This document shows, one piece after another, positions 51,311-59,765 of a stretch of 64,000 bases of DNA. The notes beneath the pieces were generated by a model. The model saw nothing but the letters and a program-made list of their open reading frames with translations. It had not been told where the DNA came from and did no database searches. How positions within the stretch are numbered: position 1 is the stretch's first letter; each line of letters begins with the position of its first letter. Source of the stretch: Candidatus Staskawiczbacteria bacterium (lineage in GTDB: Bacteria > Patescibacteriota > Minisyncoccia > Minisyncoccales > Staskawiczbacteraceae); NCBI GenBank assembly GCA_026395175.1, contig JAPLZF010000017.1, forward strand, positions 12,017-76,016, given 5' to 3'. The position numbers and the translations under genes were made by a program.

Positions 51311-52000
51311 ATGGCTGATGAGAAACCAATAAAACTTTCACCCAATTCCTTGAATTTATTTTTAGAATGTCCGCATTGCTTTTGGCTGGACAAAAAACAG
51401 GGAATTAAACGGCCCCAGCCGTTTCCTTATGCTTTAAATTCTGCAGTGGATGCCTTGCTAAAAGAAGAGTTTGACACATACAGAACAAAAAATTTGCCGC
51501 ACCCGTTGTTAAAAGACAACAACATAAAAGCGCATTTATTTTCAAACCAAAAATTACTAAACCAGTGGAGAAATAATTTGGCAGGCATAAGATATTTTGA
51601 TGAAGAATTACAGGCAACGCTTTTTGGCGCAGTAGACGATGTTTTGGAATTTTCTGACGGGAAAATAGCTCCGCTTGATTATAAATCAACCGGAAGCACA
51701 GCTGCCAATGTTTACGACAGATTCCAATTGCAACTTGATACGTATACATTCTTAATGGAGAAAAACGGATATCAGACTGCGCGAAAAGGATACTTGGCAT
51801 TTTATATTGTAGACAAGAGTAGGGGATTTATTGACCGCTTGCCCTTTAGAAAAGAAATAATGGAAATTGAAACAAACCCATCTGACGTATACGAAATTTT
51901 TAAAGATGGAGTTGAGTGCTTAAGAAAAGAAACTCCGCCAAAACATAGCCAAGATTGCAAATTTAAAAAATGGATGGACGGAGCAATAAAATATAATTAA
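51311..52000 (+). CDS. PD-(D/E)XK nuclease family protein (Cas4/RecB-like fold)
   Basis: GAVDDVLEFSDGKIAPLDYKS (D...D/ExK). Four Cys: N-terminal CPHC plus two C-terminal (VECLRKE, QDCKFKKW). Confidence 0.6.
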   Translation: MADEKPIKLSPNSLNLFLECPHCFWLDKKQGIKRPQPFPYALNSAVDALLKEEFDTYRTKNLPHPLLKDNNIKAHLFSNQKLLNQWRNNLAGIRYFDEELQATLFGAVDDVLEFSDGKIAPLDYKSTGSTAANVYDRFQLQLDTYTFLMEKNGYQTARKGYLAFYIVDKSRGFIDRLPFRKEIMEIETNPSDVYEIFKDGVECLRKETPPKHSQDCKFKKWMDGAIKYN

Positions 52001-52011
52001 AAATAAAAAAT

Positions 52012-53568
52012 ATGAAAATCAAAGTACCGAAATTTTTAAAGAACCTGCCTGCCGGTAGGCATGGAAAAAGAAACATCTGGATTACTGCAATTCTGGCACT
52101 AATTTTAATTATTATTTTGTATTTTATTTTTGGCAGGGGAAATAATCCTGGTTCTATCCAGACAGGTTTTGCCACAAAACAGAATTTGCAGGAAACCGTG
52201 CTGTCAACCGGACAGGTTGTCAGCGGAACAGACCTTAGTTTGAGTTTCCAGGGAAGCGGAGTTGTCAGGCGAGTTTCGGTTAAAGAAGGCGACAAAGTAT
52301 ATCAGGGGCAGGTTTTGGCTTCGCTCGACCAGTCGTCGGCTCTTGCCACTTTAACTTCGGCTAAAGGAGCTTTGGCGCAGGCTCAGGCAAGTTATGACAA
52401 ACTGGTAAACGGATTGTCTCAAAGCGACATACAAGTTTATCAAAATGCCGTTTCATCGGCGCAGGTGAATTTAAACAACACATACAACAGCGCCTTGATA
52501 ACTTTGAACAATTCGTACACGGCAATTTATAATGCTTATTCTAATGTGGCAAATCTTCAGATCAATTATTTTTCAGCAAGCGACCAGCAGGGAATTGTGG
52601 TGCAGGAAAATAGAAATAGTATAGGCAATAATTTGGCAAATGCCAAAGCCAGCATCAGCCAGGCAAATAATCCGGGCAATATAGATTTGGCAATTTCCAA
52701 TATGCAGAATTATTTAAACAGTGCTTTTAATTCTTTGCAAATTATACGCGACCAGTGCGACCAGGCAGCTTATTATTCTAATGTTCCGGCTGCTGACAAA
52801 GCATCTTTAGACGCCCAAAAAACAGCCATAATAACCGCCACCACCAGCATTAACACTTTGCAAAGCAGTATTGCTTCTTATAAGACAGCCCTTCAGACAG
52901 CGCAGGATAATTTGTCTGCAAAACAGGCAAAACCCCGGCAGGAAGATGTTGATTTGGCAGAAGGCCAGGTGCTTTCGGCACAAGGCCAGGTTGAATCGGC
53001 TCAGGCTGTTTTGAACAATTCAATTGTTGCAGCTCCCACATCGGGCACAATCACGCAAGTTGACATTAAAGTCGGCGAATTGGCAACTCCGTCAAAAGAA
53101 GTAATAGTTTTGCAAGACATCGGAAATTTGCATGCAGAGGCCGATGTGTCGGAAGCCAATGTTGCGTCTTTGCAAATTGGACAGCCAATTGATTACACAT
53201 TTGACGCGCTGGGTCCTGACCGGCATTTTGCCGGAAAGGTTTTGACAATTAATCCTGCTTCAACGGTTATTTCCGGAGTTGTTGATTATAAAGTTACAGG
53301 CAGTTTGGACAATGTGCCGGATATTAAGCCGGGAATGACGGCAAACATGACAATTTTAGTTGCCAAAAAAGACAATGTTTTGGCGGTTCCGTCTACTGCA
53401 ATAATAAACAGTAACAGCAAGCAGTATGTAAAGGTTATTGATGACCCAAAAAAGAAAACCTATCATCAGGTGCAGGTGCAGACAGGATTGCAAGCAGACG
53501 GGGGATTGGTTGAAATAATTTCCGGAATAACAGATGGGCAAGAAATTGTAACTTATATAAAACCATGA
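52012..53568 (+). CDS. Efflux-transporter periplasmic adaptor (HlyD/MacA family)
   Basis: N-terminal TM, lipoyl-like GDKVYQGQVLASLD, a long Ala/Gln/Asn coiled coil, and a C-terminal beta-barrel. Confidence 0.8.
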   Translation: MKIKVPKFLKNLPAGRHGKRNIWITAILALILIIILYFIFGRGNNPGSIQTGFATKQNLQETVLSTGQVVSGTDLSLSFQGSGVVRRVSVKEGDKVYQGQVLASLDQSSALATLTSAKGALAQAQASYDKLVNGLSQSDIQVYQNAVSSAQVNLNNTYNSALITLNNSYTAIYNAYSNVANLQINYFSASDQQGIVVQENRNSIGNNLANAKASISQANNPGNIDLAISNMQNYLNSAFNSLQIIRDQCDQAAYYSNVPAADKASLDAQKTAIITATTSINTLQSSIASYKTALQTAQDNLSAKQAKPRQEDVDLAEGQVLSAQGQVESAQAVLNNSIVAAPTSGTITQVDIKVGELATPSKEVIVLQDIGNLHAEADVSEANVASLQIGQPIDYTFDALGPDRHFAGKVLTINPASTVISGVVDYKVTGSLDNVPDIKPGMTANMTILVAKKDNVLAVPSTAIINSNSKQYVKVIDDPKKKTYHQVQVQTGLQADGGLVEIISGITDGQEIVTYIKP

Positions 53569-54281
53569 GCCTGATTGAAATAGAAAATCTTAAAAAAAAT
53601 TATGTAAATGACGAAGTTGTCACCCATGTTTTGCATGACATAAATTTTAAAATTGAAGAAGGGGAGTTTGTGGCAATTATGGGGCCGTCGGGCTCTGGCA
53701 AATCAACTTTAATGCATATTTTGAGTTTTTTGGACAGGCCGACTTCCGGAATTTATAAATTTGAAGGCGAAAACACAAAAGATTTTGACGACAATTATTT
53801 GGCAAAATTAAGAAATGAAAGAGTTGGTTTTGTTTTTCAATCTTTTAATTTGCTGGCGAGGACATCTGTTTTAGACAACGTTAGGTTGCCTTTGGTTTAC
53901 AGCAAAAAAAAAGACCCCGATGAATTAGCGGAAAAAGCGCTGGAGTCGGTTGGGTTGTCTCACAGGTTGGAATATTTTACCAATCAAATTTCCGGCGGAG
54001 AAAAACAGCGCGTGGCAATTGCCAGAGCTTTGGTGAATAACCCTGCTGTAATTTTTGCCGATGAGCCAACCGGAAATTTGGATTCAAAATCAGGAAATAC
54101 GGTAATGCATATTTTGCAAAAATTAAACGCAGACGGCCATACAATCATTTTAGTGACTCACGAAACCGACACGGCAAATCATGCAAAAAGAATTATCCGC
54201 ATTAAAGATGGCAACATAATTTCCGACGAAAGGGTGCACACCCGAACAATTGCTAAAACCGACGCCGATTTAGTAAAATAA
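53565..54281 (+). CDS. ABC transporter ATP-binding protein (MacB/LolD-type)
   Basis: Walker [10 protein letters not shown], signature [15 protein letters not shown], Walker [13 protein letters not shown]. Confidence 0.92.
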   Translation: MSLIEIENLKKNYVNDEVVTHVLHDINFKIEEGEFVAIMGPSGSGKSTLMHILSFLDRPTSGIYKFEGENTKDFDDNYLAKLRNERVGFVFQSFNLLARTSVLDNVRLPLVYSKKKDPDELAEKALESVGLSHRLEYFTNQISGGEKQRVAIARALVNNPAVIFADEPTGNLDSKSGNTVMHILQKLNADGHTIILVTHETDTANHAKRIIRIKDGNIISDERVHTRTIAKTDADLVK

Positions 54282-54347
54282 TTTTTTACAAAAAAAGAGA
54301 GCGACAATGTGTGCAGCTCATGTCTGATTGCCTGATGGTAGCGAGAG

Positions 54348-54443
54348 TTATCCTTGTGGTTTTCCCACGAAAAACGTGCCGAAAACGAGGGCGATAATCA
54401 CCGCCACCAACAAAATCAATCCAAGCGCAATGATCATTTTCAT
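54348..54443 (-). CDS. 31-aa hydrophobic peptide (GC-rich island 5)
   Basis: MKMIIALGLILLVAVIIALVFGTFFVGKPQG. AAGGAG lies 7 nt upstream. Its ATG overlaps the upstream gene's TGA (ATGA). Below the ORF-track cutoff. Confidence 0.5.
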   Translation of the reverse strand: MKMIIALGLILLVAVIIALVFGTFFVGKPQG

Positions 54444-54715
54444 AGTATTTCTCCTTTCGAGAAAACGTGTTGATTGTCAATTTGCTGCGGGGCGATGCGG
54501 ACTTTGATCAGTTTCCCGACATTGAACTTGACGACGGTAATTCGGTTCAGGAAGCATTGATCTGCGAAAAAGCCTTTGCCACCGAAGGCATAGCCGATTC
54601 CTGCCAACAGATTGACGCATCTGGTTGGCATTGCCACAGGACTTTCACCTTCAATTTCGACTACAAACCCTTCTGGGCATGGAGTCTTCTGCAAATCTAC
54701 GTATGTTGCATACAT
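54440..54715 (-). CDS. Hypothetical 91-aa protein (GC-rich island 5)
   Basis: In the ORF 54440-54733, the ATG at 54715 is preferred because it gives 8-nt spacing from AAGGAG. No family recognised. Confidence 0.5.
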   Translation of the reverse strand: MYATYVDLQKTPCPEGFVVEIEGESPVAMPTRCVNLLAGIGYAFGGKGFFADQCFLNRITVVKFNVGKLIKVRIAPQQIDNQHVFSKGEIL

Positions 54716-54763
54716 GGGCATTTCTCCTTTCAAAAGAAATGAGCCTAAGTGTCAATAATAAAT

Positions 54764-54790
54764 ATTATAACAAAATTATTTTATTGTCAA
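54764..54790 (-). promoter_or_regulatory. Putative minus-strand promoter TTGACA-15-(TGT)TATAAT for island 5
   Basis: Reverse complement of 54785-54790 is ttgaca. Reverse complement of 54764-54772 is tgttataat (extended -10). Confidence 0.4.
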
Positions 54791-54800
54791 ATATTTTTCT

Positions 54801-56072
54801 ATGGATTTTGTTGGAACCATAAAATTAGTTTTTAGGACATTGCTTGCCAGGAAAGGCAGGTCATTTTTAACTATACTGGGAATTGTTATTGGAGTTGCCG
54901 GAGTGATTATTATAATTGCCTTGGGAGCAGGAGCTCAAAGTTTAATTTTGGGGCAGGTAACAAAATTGGGCTCCAACCTTTTGAGTGTTTCTCCCGGAGG
55001 CGGAAGCGCCAATGGCCCACCATCGGCAATTTATGGAATTACGGTTACAACTTTGGTAAATTCCGATGCAGATGGGTTGCGGAGCAAATCCCAAGTTCCA
55101 CACGCTGTTGGTGTAAACGCCATAGTTCGGGGACCTGCAACAGTTATGTGGCAGAACAAAAGTGTTGATACTAATTTTGCCGGCACCGACAGCTATTATC
55201 CAAGTGTGGTGAGTTTTACAATGCAGGAAGGGCAATTTTTTGACCAACAGGATGCGCAGGGTAATGCTAATGTTGCTGTTTTGGGCTCTACAGTTGCAAC
55301 AGAATTATTTGCCAATACCGGCGTTGACCCAATTGGTCAGGTTATAAAAGTAAAAAATTCTTCGCAGTCGCAGCCGGGCGGAATTCCTTTGCGGGTTATA
55401 GGAGTTATATCTCCCCGCGGCTCTTCTTTTTTCCAGGACAATGACGACCAGGTTTTTTTGCCTTTGGTTATTGGCCAGCAACAATTGCTTGGCATACATT
55501 ATTTGCAAGCAATAAATATAAAAGTTGATTCAGCAGATAATATTGACCAAACAACAGCTGACATTAAAAGAGTTTTAGACCAAAATCACCACATACAGCG
55601 CGCTGTTGACGAAGATTTCACTATTTATAGCATTGCCGACGCAGTAAAAGTTTTGAGCACAATTACAGACGCTTTAAGATTATTTTTAACTGCAATGGCG
55701 GCAATTGCCTTGGTTGTGGGCGGAATTGGAATTTTAAATATTATGCTTGCAACAGTAGCAGAACGCACAAGAGAAATTGGTTTAAGAAAAGCAGTGGGAG
55801 CAACAAACAGGGCAGTAATGGACCAATTTTTACTTGAAGCGGGAATGCTGACTTTTTTGGGTGGAGTAATAGGAATTGTTATCGGCACAATAATTTCTTA
55901 TTTGATAAGCGTTTTGATGCATTACCTGGGGTACGACTGGGCTTTTGTGGTTTCCATACTTTCTATTTTATTGGCAGTTTCGGTTTCAATTTTAACAGGC
56001 GTAATTTTTGGATTATATCCGGCGCTAAAAGCATCAAGATTAAATCCAATCGACGCATTACGTTACGAATAA
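54801..56072 (+). CDS. ABC transporter permease 1 (FtsX/MacB type with large extracytoplasmic domain)
   Basis: N-terminal TM, an extracytoplasmic domain of about 250 aa, three C-terminal TMs, and ERTREIGLRKAVGAT. Confidence 0.85.
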   Translation: MDFVGTIKLVFRTLLARKGRSFLTILGIVIGVAGVIIIIALGAGAQSLILGQVTKLGSNLLSVSPGGGSANGPPSAIYGITVTTLVNSDADGLRSKSQVPHAVGVNAIVRGPATVMWQNKSVDTNFAGTDSYYPSVVSFTMQEGQFFDQQDAQGNANVAVLGSTVATELFANTGVDPIGQVIKVKNSSQSQPGGIPLRVIGVISPRGSSFFQDNDDQVFLPLVIGQQQLLGIHYLQAINIKVDSADNIDQTTADIKRVLDQNHHIQRAVDEDFTIYSIADAVKVLSTITDALRLFLTAMAAIALVVGGIGILNIMLATVAERTREIGLRKAVGATNRAVMDQFLLEAGMLTFLGGVIGIVIGTIISYLISVLMHYLGYDWAFVVSILSILLAVSVSILTGVIFGLYPALKASRLNPIDALRYE

Positions 56073-56082
56073 TATAAAACGA

Positions 56083-56120
56083 TATACCACAAATTATACA
56101 GGTGCATAAATTATGGTATA
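56083..56120 (+). promoter_or_regulatory. 38-nt palindromic operator-like site A (TATACC-N26-GGTATA) upstream of PaaX-like gene 2
   Basis: tataccacaaattatacaggtgcataaattatggtata. The right half overlaps a -10-like tatagt. Confidence 0.55.
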
Positions 56121-56144
56121 GTTAAAAAAGAAACAAAATTATTG

Positions 56145-56666
56145 ATGAAGCTACCAATAACGGATCAATTTTTATGGGATATCTATAATATAGCAAGCAA
56201 AGCAGGTAATGCTTTTGATTTTAAATCTATAAATATGGCAAATTATCTTCCTGGAGTACAAAATCCTGTTTTCAAAAAATATAGAAGCGATAGAGATAAA
56301 GCAAAATTTGCGAAATTAATTTATTATTTAAAAACTAATAACTATATACAGGTTAAAGATTTACAGGGTAAGAAAGCTATTATTTTAACGAAAGAAGGAT
56401 TCAGCAAGGCGTTAAAGGCAAGCTTTGCAATGGAAGGGAAGAAAAAAAGAAAAGATGGTAAGTGGACAATGTTGATTTTCGATATGCCATCGAAAAATCG
56501 ACAGAGGCGAACCCTGATGCGAAGTATTTTACAAAATTTAGGCTATAAAATGTTCCAGCAAAGCGTTTGGATAACCCCTTATGACGTTTCAGATAAAACA
56601 GAATCATATTTACAAATTTATTCGTTAGACAAGTACGTCAAAATATTTTTAATAGAGGAAATATGA
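56145..56666 (+). CDS. PaaX-like regulator, paralog 2
   Basis: DGKWTMLIFDMPSKNRQRRTLMRSILQNLGYKMFQQSVWITPYD parallels the motif in 43329-43883. Confidence 0.6.
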   Translation: MKLPITDQFLWDIYNIASKAGNAFDFKSINMANYLPGVQNPVFKKYRSDRDKAKFAKLIYYLKTNNYIQVKDLQGKKAIILTKEGFSKALKASFAMEGKKKRKDGKWTMLIFDMPSKNRQRRTLMRSILQNLGYKMFQQSVWITPYDVSDKTESYLQIYSLDKYVKIFLIEEI

Positions 56667-56668
56667 AA

Positions 56669-56706
56669 TATACCATAAATATAGTAGGTGCTGAAATTAG
56701 GGTATA
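56669..56706 (+). promoter_or_regulatory. 38-nt palindromic operator-like site B, a direct repeat of site A, upstream of the 194-aa gene
   Basis: tataccataaatatagtaggtgctgaaattagggtata. The right half overlaps tataat (56703-56708). Confidence 0.55.
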
Positions 56707-56729
56707 ATTAAAAAATAATAAATAAAATT

Positions 56730-57314
56730 ATGAGTGAAATAAATTTTAAAATTGGTTTTTGGCATCCATTCGGTCCGCACGGTTATAAGGAAAACGGTGA
56801 AGTGGAAAGTCGCGAAGAAATAATAGATAGAAAGGAAAAGGAAATAAAGAAGAATAAAGGGTGGACGCTATGGGCTTTCTCAGAAAAAAGGGATGAAACA
56901 ATAAATCAATGGCGTAAAGAGATCGGAAAAAACAAGCGAGTTTTTGTTTTATGCTCGGACAGCAAAACAACAAAAAATCCCACTGGCGATTGTTTGTATG
57001 CGAAGTATTTAATAGAAAATGGAAAACCACAAGAAATTTCTAAAAAGATAAAAGTTAGTTTTTTCGGCAAGAAAGAATCGGCTTGTGCATTTAAGGTAAA
57101 AGCTGTTTATAAGCCAGAAATGATAAAAATACCAAACAATATTAAATGGTTTAAAACAACAAGTGGGGAGTGGAAAGACGGATCCAGCCCAAGTTTTGGC
57201 GGTTTGCCTACTATCAGTGAATCTTTGATAAAGTCGGGAGGAAAATCGAAGCTGAGAAAAGTTTTTTTAGTTTTAGAATTAGAATATCCGTATGTTGTTA
57301 AAATTAAAAAATAG
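56730..57314 (+). CDS. Hypothetical 194-aa cytoplasmic protein
   Basis: Intact ORF with no TM helix and no motif I recognise. Preceded by operator-like site B. Confidence 0.55.
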   Translation: MSEINFKIGFWHPFGPHGYKENGEVESREEIIDRKEKEIKKNKGWTLWAFSEKRDETINQWRKEIGKNKRVFVLCSDSKTTKNPTGDCLYAKYLIENGKPQEISKKIKVSFFGKKESACAFKVKAVYKPEMIKIPNNIKWFKTTSGEWKDGSSPSFGGLPTISESLIKSGGKSKLRKVFLVLELEYPYVVKIKK

Positions 57315-57353
57315 GAAAAGGAAAATATATTTTTATTGTGCGACTAAAATAAA

Positions 57354-58604
57354 ATGAATAGTAAAGCATTGCAACAATCAATAAGGGCGCTGTCGGCAAA
57401 TCCTGTGAGGACGGTTTTGACAACACTTGGAATTGTGATTGGAATTGCCACGGTAATTATGGTTTTGTCGGCTGGCGCCGGATTTCAAAGCTTAATAAAC
57501 GACCAAATAAAATCTTTGGGAAGCGATACTTTATTTATAAAAACAAAAGTTCCGCCAACAACAAAAAACCGGGCGGCAGGTTCTTCTTTAACTCCGGGAA
57601 TTGCGGTTGGAATTACAACTTTCAAACAACGCGATTTGGACGACATAAAAAAATTGAATAATGTTGTAAACGATTATGGTTTGGTAACCGGAATGGCAGT
57701 TGCAAGCTATCGGGACAACCAAAAAAATTCAATTTATTACGGCTCATCCGCTGAAAAATTTTCAATTGACCAACACACATTAAAAGAGGGCAGATTTTAT
57801 ACTCCAGCCGAAGATTCAGGGGCCGCTCAGGTTGTAATTTTGGGAAGCAATATTGCAAGCAAATTATTTTTGCAGGATGATCCGTTGGGAAAATTAATGC
57901 GCATTGGCAATTTAAATTTTCAGGTTATTGGAATTTATAATCCTCAAAGCGGAGGAATTGGCGGATCGGGTCCCGATGACATTCTTTACATGCCTTTGCA
58001 GACCGCGCAGAAAAAAATGTTGGGAATAGATTACATGACAGTTGGAGTTGTGCAGTTAAAAGATACAAATTTGGCTGACGCAACATCTGCGCAAATAAGC
58101 CTGACTTTGATGAGAAACCACAACATAACAGACCCTGCAAAAGATGATTTTATGATTATGACGCAGGCGCAGACTCTAGATACTTTCAACACAATTTTTA
58201 GCGGAATTACTATTTTGCTCATTTGCATTGCCTCAATTTCTTTGGTTGTGGGCGGGGTGGGAATTATGAATATTATGTATGTTGTTGTTACAGAAAGAAC
58301 TGCAGAAATTGGATTGAAAAAAGCTTTAGGAGCCACTAACTCTGATGTTTTGAAGGAATTTTTAATTGAGTCAGTTTTGGTTACGGTTTTGGGCGGAATT
58401 ATTGGAATTTTGCTGGGAGCTTTATTGAGCTGGTTTGTATCTTTGGCGGCGGGATACGCCGGTTTAACTTGGACGTTTGTTGTGCCAATTTATGCAATAG
58501 TAATTGCGGTGGCGGTTTCGGCTGCAATTGGAATTTCTTTTGGAGTTTTGCCGGCAAGGTCTGCTGCAAAACTTGACCCCATTGAAGCCTTGCGCTATGA
58601 ATAG
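57354..58604 (+). CDS. ABC transporter permease 2 (FtsX/MacB type), paralog of 54801-56072
   Basis: Same architecture. ERTAEIGLKKALGAT and C-terminal LDPIEALRYE (compare LNPIDALRYE in permease 1). Confidence 0.85.
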   Translation: MNSKALQQSIRALSANPVRTVLTTLGIVIGIATVIMVLSAGAGFQSLINDQIKSLGSDTLFIKTKVPPTTKNRAAGSSLTPGIAVGITTFKQRDLDDIKKLNNVVNDYGLVTGMAVASYRDNQKNSIYYGSSAEKFSIDQHTLKEGRFYTPAEDSGAAQVVILGSNIASKLFLQDDPLGKLMRIGNLNFQVIGIYNPQSGGIGGSGPDDILYMPLQTAQKKMLGIDYMTVGVVQLKDTNLADATSAQISLTLMRNHNITDPAKDDFMIMTQAQTLDTFNTIFSGITILLICIASISLVVGGVGIMNIMYVVVTERTAEIGLKKALGATNSDVLKEFLIESVLVTVLGGIIGILLGALLSWFVSLAAGYAGLTWTFVVPIYAIVIAVAVSAAIGISFGVLPARSAAKLDPIEALRYE

Positions 58605-58659
58605 TTGCTATTTATTTTTAAAATAGTAAAATTAGATAATATTATTATTTATAAAAAAT

Positions 58660-59286
58660 ATGTTCAAATTCAATAAATCGGCCGGGCAGGCGTCAAGACT
58701 GCTTTTGGTTTTGGCGGTTGTAGTTTTTGTTGCCGTAATAATAACTTTTTTAATTATGAAAATGGCGACAAAACCGCCAGCTCCCAGCAACCCTGCAACA
58801 ACCGTTCCTTTGCCGGTTTACGAGCAGACTTTGGGCGACATAAGATTTGTTTTTGAATCTGCGCTGGACAAAGGAAATGTTTTAAGGGCGTCTGAAATTG
58901 CAAACACTCAATATAATTATTCCGGGCAGAAAGATTTTGTCATCGACAACTTGGGGGCAAAATTTATAGAGGTTACGGTTGGCGCGCAGAATATGGGCAC
59001 GGAAAATACGGCACAAAACGCGTGGGACATAGAAAATATTGTTGATTCAAAAGGCAGAAATTTTGTTCCATTGGAGAATGGCGCGGTCAACCCCTGGCTT
59101 CCTAACCCTGATTTGTGCGGCTCATTGTTAAAGCCGGCATTTGACCCGACTCCGTGCACCAAAATATACGAAGTTTCAAAAGCATCAACAGGGCTTAAAA
59201 TAAGAGTCGTATCCGGAAAAGATAATAAATCTGTTTCTTCCGGTTCCGGCAATATGGAATTTTTATTAGATTTAATAGTCAAATAA
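58660..59286 (+). CDS. Hypothetical membrane-anchored extracytoplasmic protein (208 aa)
   Basis: TM LLLVLAVVVFVAVIITFLIM, then a Pro-rich linker and a beta-rich domain. Confidence 0.55.
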   Translation: MFKFNKSAGQASRLLLVLAVVVFVAVIITFLIMKMATKPPAPSNPATTVPLPVYEQTLGDIRFVFESALDKGNVLRASEIANTQYNYSGQKDFVIDNLGAKFIEVTVGAQNMGTENTAQNAWDIENIVDSKGRNFVPLENGAVNPWLPNPDLCGSLLKPAFDPTPCTKIYEVSKASTGLKIRVVSGKDNKSVSSGSGNMEFLLDLIVK

Positions 59287-59290
59287 TTTT

Positions 59291-59677
59291 ATGGCAGACG
59301 ATAAAAATGAAGAAAATATAGTTCCCGAAAAAAGAGTTTCTCCTCCAGAAGAAGCCGGGCATTTTGATTGGAAGCAGGAGAAGGGAATTGAAAAAAAAGA
59401 AATTTCGCCGGATGATGAAAGAGTTTCAAAAGAGTTGAGACAGGAAATAGAAAAAATGGAACTTGATGACAATGCAAAAGCTGAAGCGGAAAAAAAAGCT
59501 CAAAAAATTGAATTTTTGGGCGAAAAAGAAAAAATCGAGCATCTTTTGCAGATGGCGCGCGAAAAAGGAGTGGTTTTTGCAATTCAGGTTGCCAGAAGAA
59601 TGAACGAGCCGTATCTTTTGGATATTTTACACGACACTTTGGCGCAGGAAGGATTTTACAAAGATTTTACAAAATAA
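59291..59677 (+). CDS. Hypothetical charged 128-aa protein
   Basis: Glu/Lys-rich N-terminal half and conserved-looking C-terminus GVVFAIQVARRMNEPYLLDILHDTLA. Confidence 0.5.
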   Translation: MADDKNEENIVPEKRVSPPEEAGHFDWKQEKGIEKKEISPDDERVSKELRQEIEKMELDDNAKAEAEKKAQKIEFLGEKEKIEHLLQMAREKGVVFAIQVARRMNEPYLLDILHDTLAQEGFYKDFTK

Positions 59678-59681
59678 ATAT

Positions 59682-59754
59682 CGCTCGGCAATCAAATTTT
59701 TTTTCGCTAAGTCCTCGCTTCGCTGCGGAGCTCAAAAAAATTTATTGCCTCGCT
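59682..59754 (+). repeat. 73-nt palindromic intergenic element, copy 3 (11 nt before the ATG at 59766)
   Basis: Identical to copy 2. Confidence 0.9.
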
Positions 59755-59765
59755 TTATTTCAGAC

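Noticed and set aside
54286-54480. A 64-aa minus-strand ORF from the track.
   Set aside because: It is TTG-initiated with no SD and overlaps the better-supported 31-aa gene (AAGGAG SD, ATGA coupling) in another frame.
27959-59754. Whether the three 73-nt repeats are CRISPR repeats or an rRNA/tRNA-like gene family.
   Set aside because: The copies are 14-17 kb apart, each in a gene-to-gene gap. There is no cloverleaf and no spacer logic. I treat them as a dispersed palindromic element.
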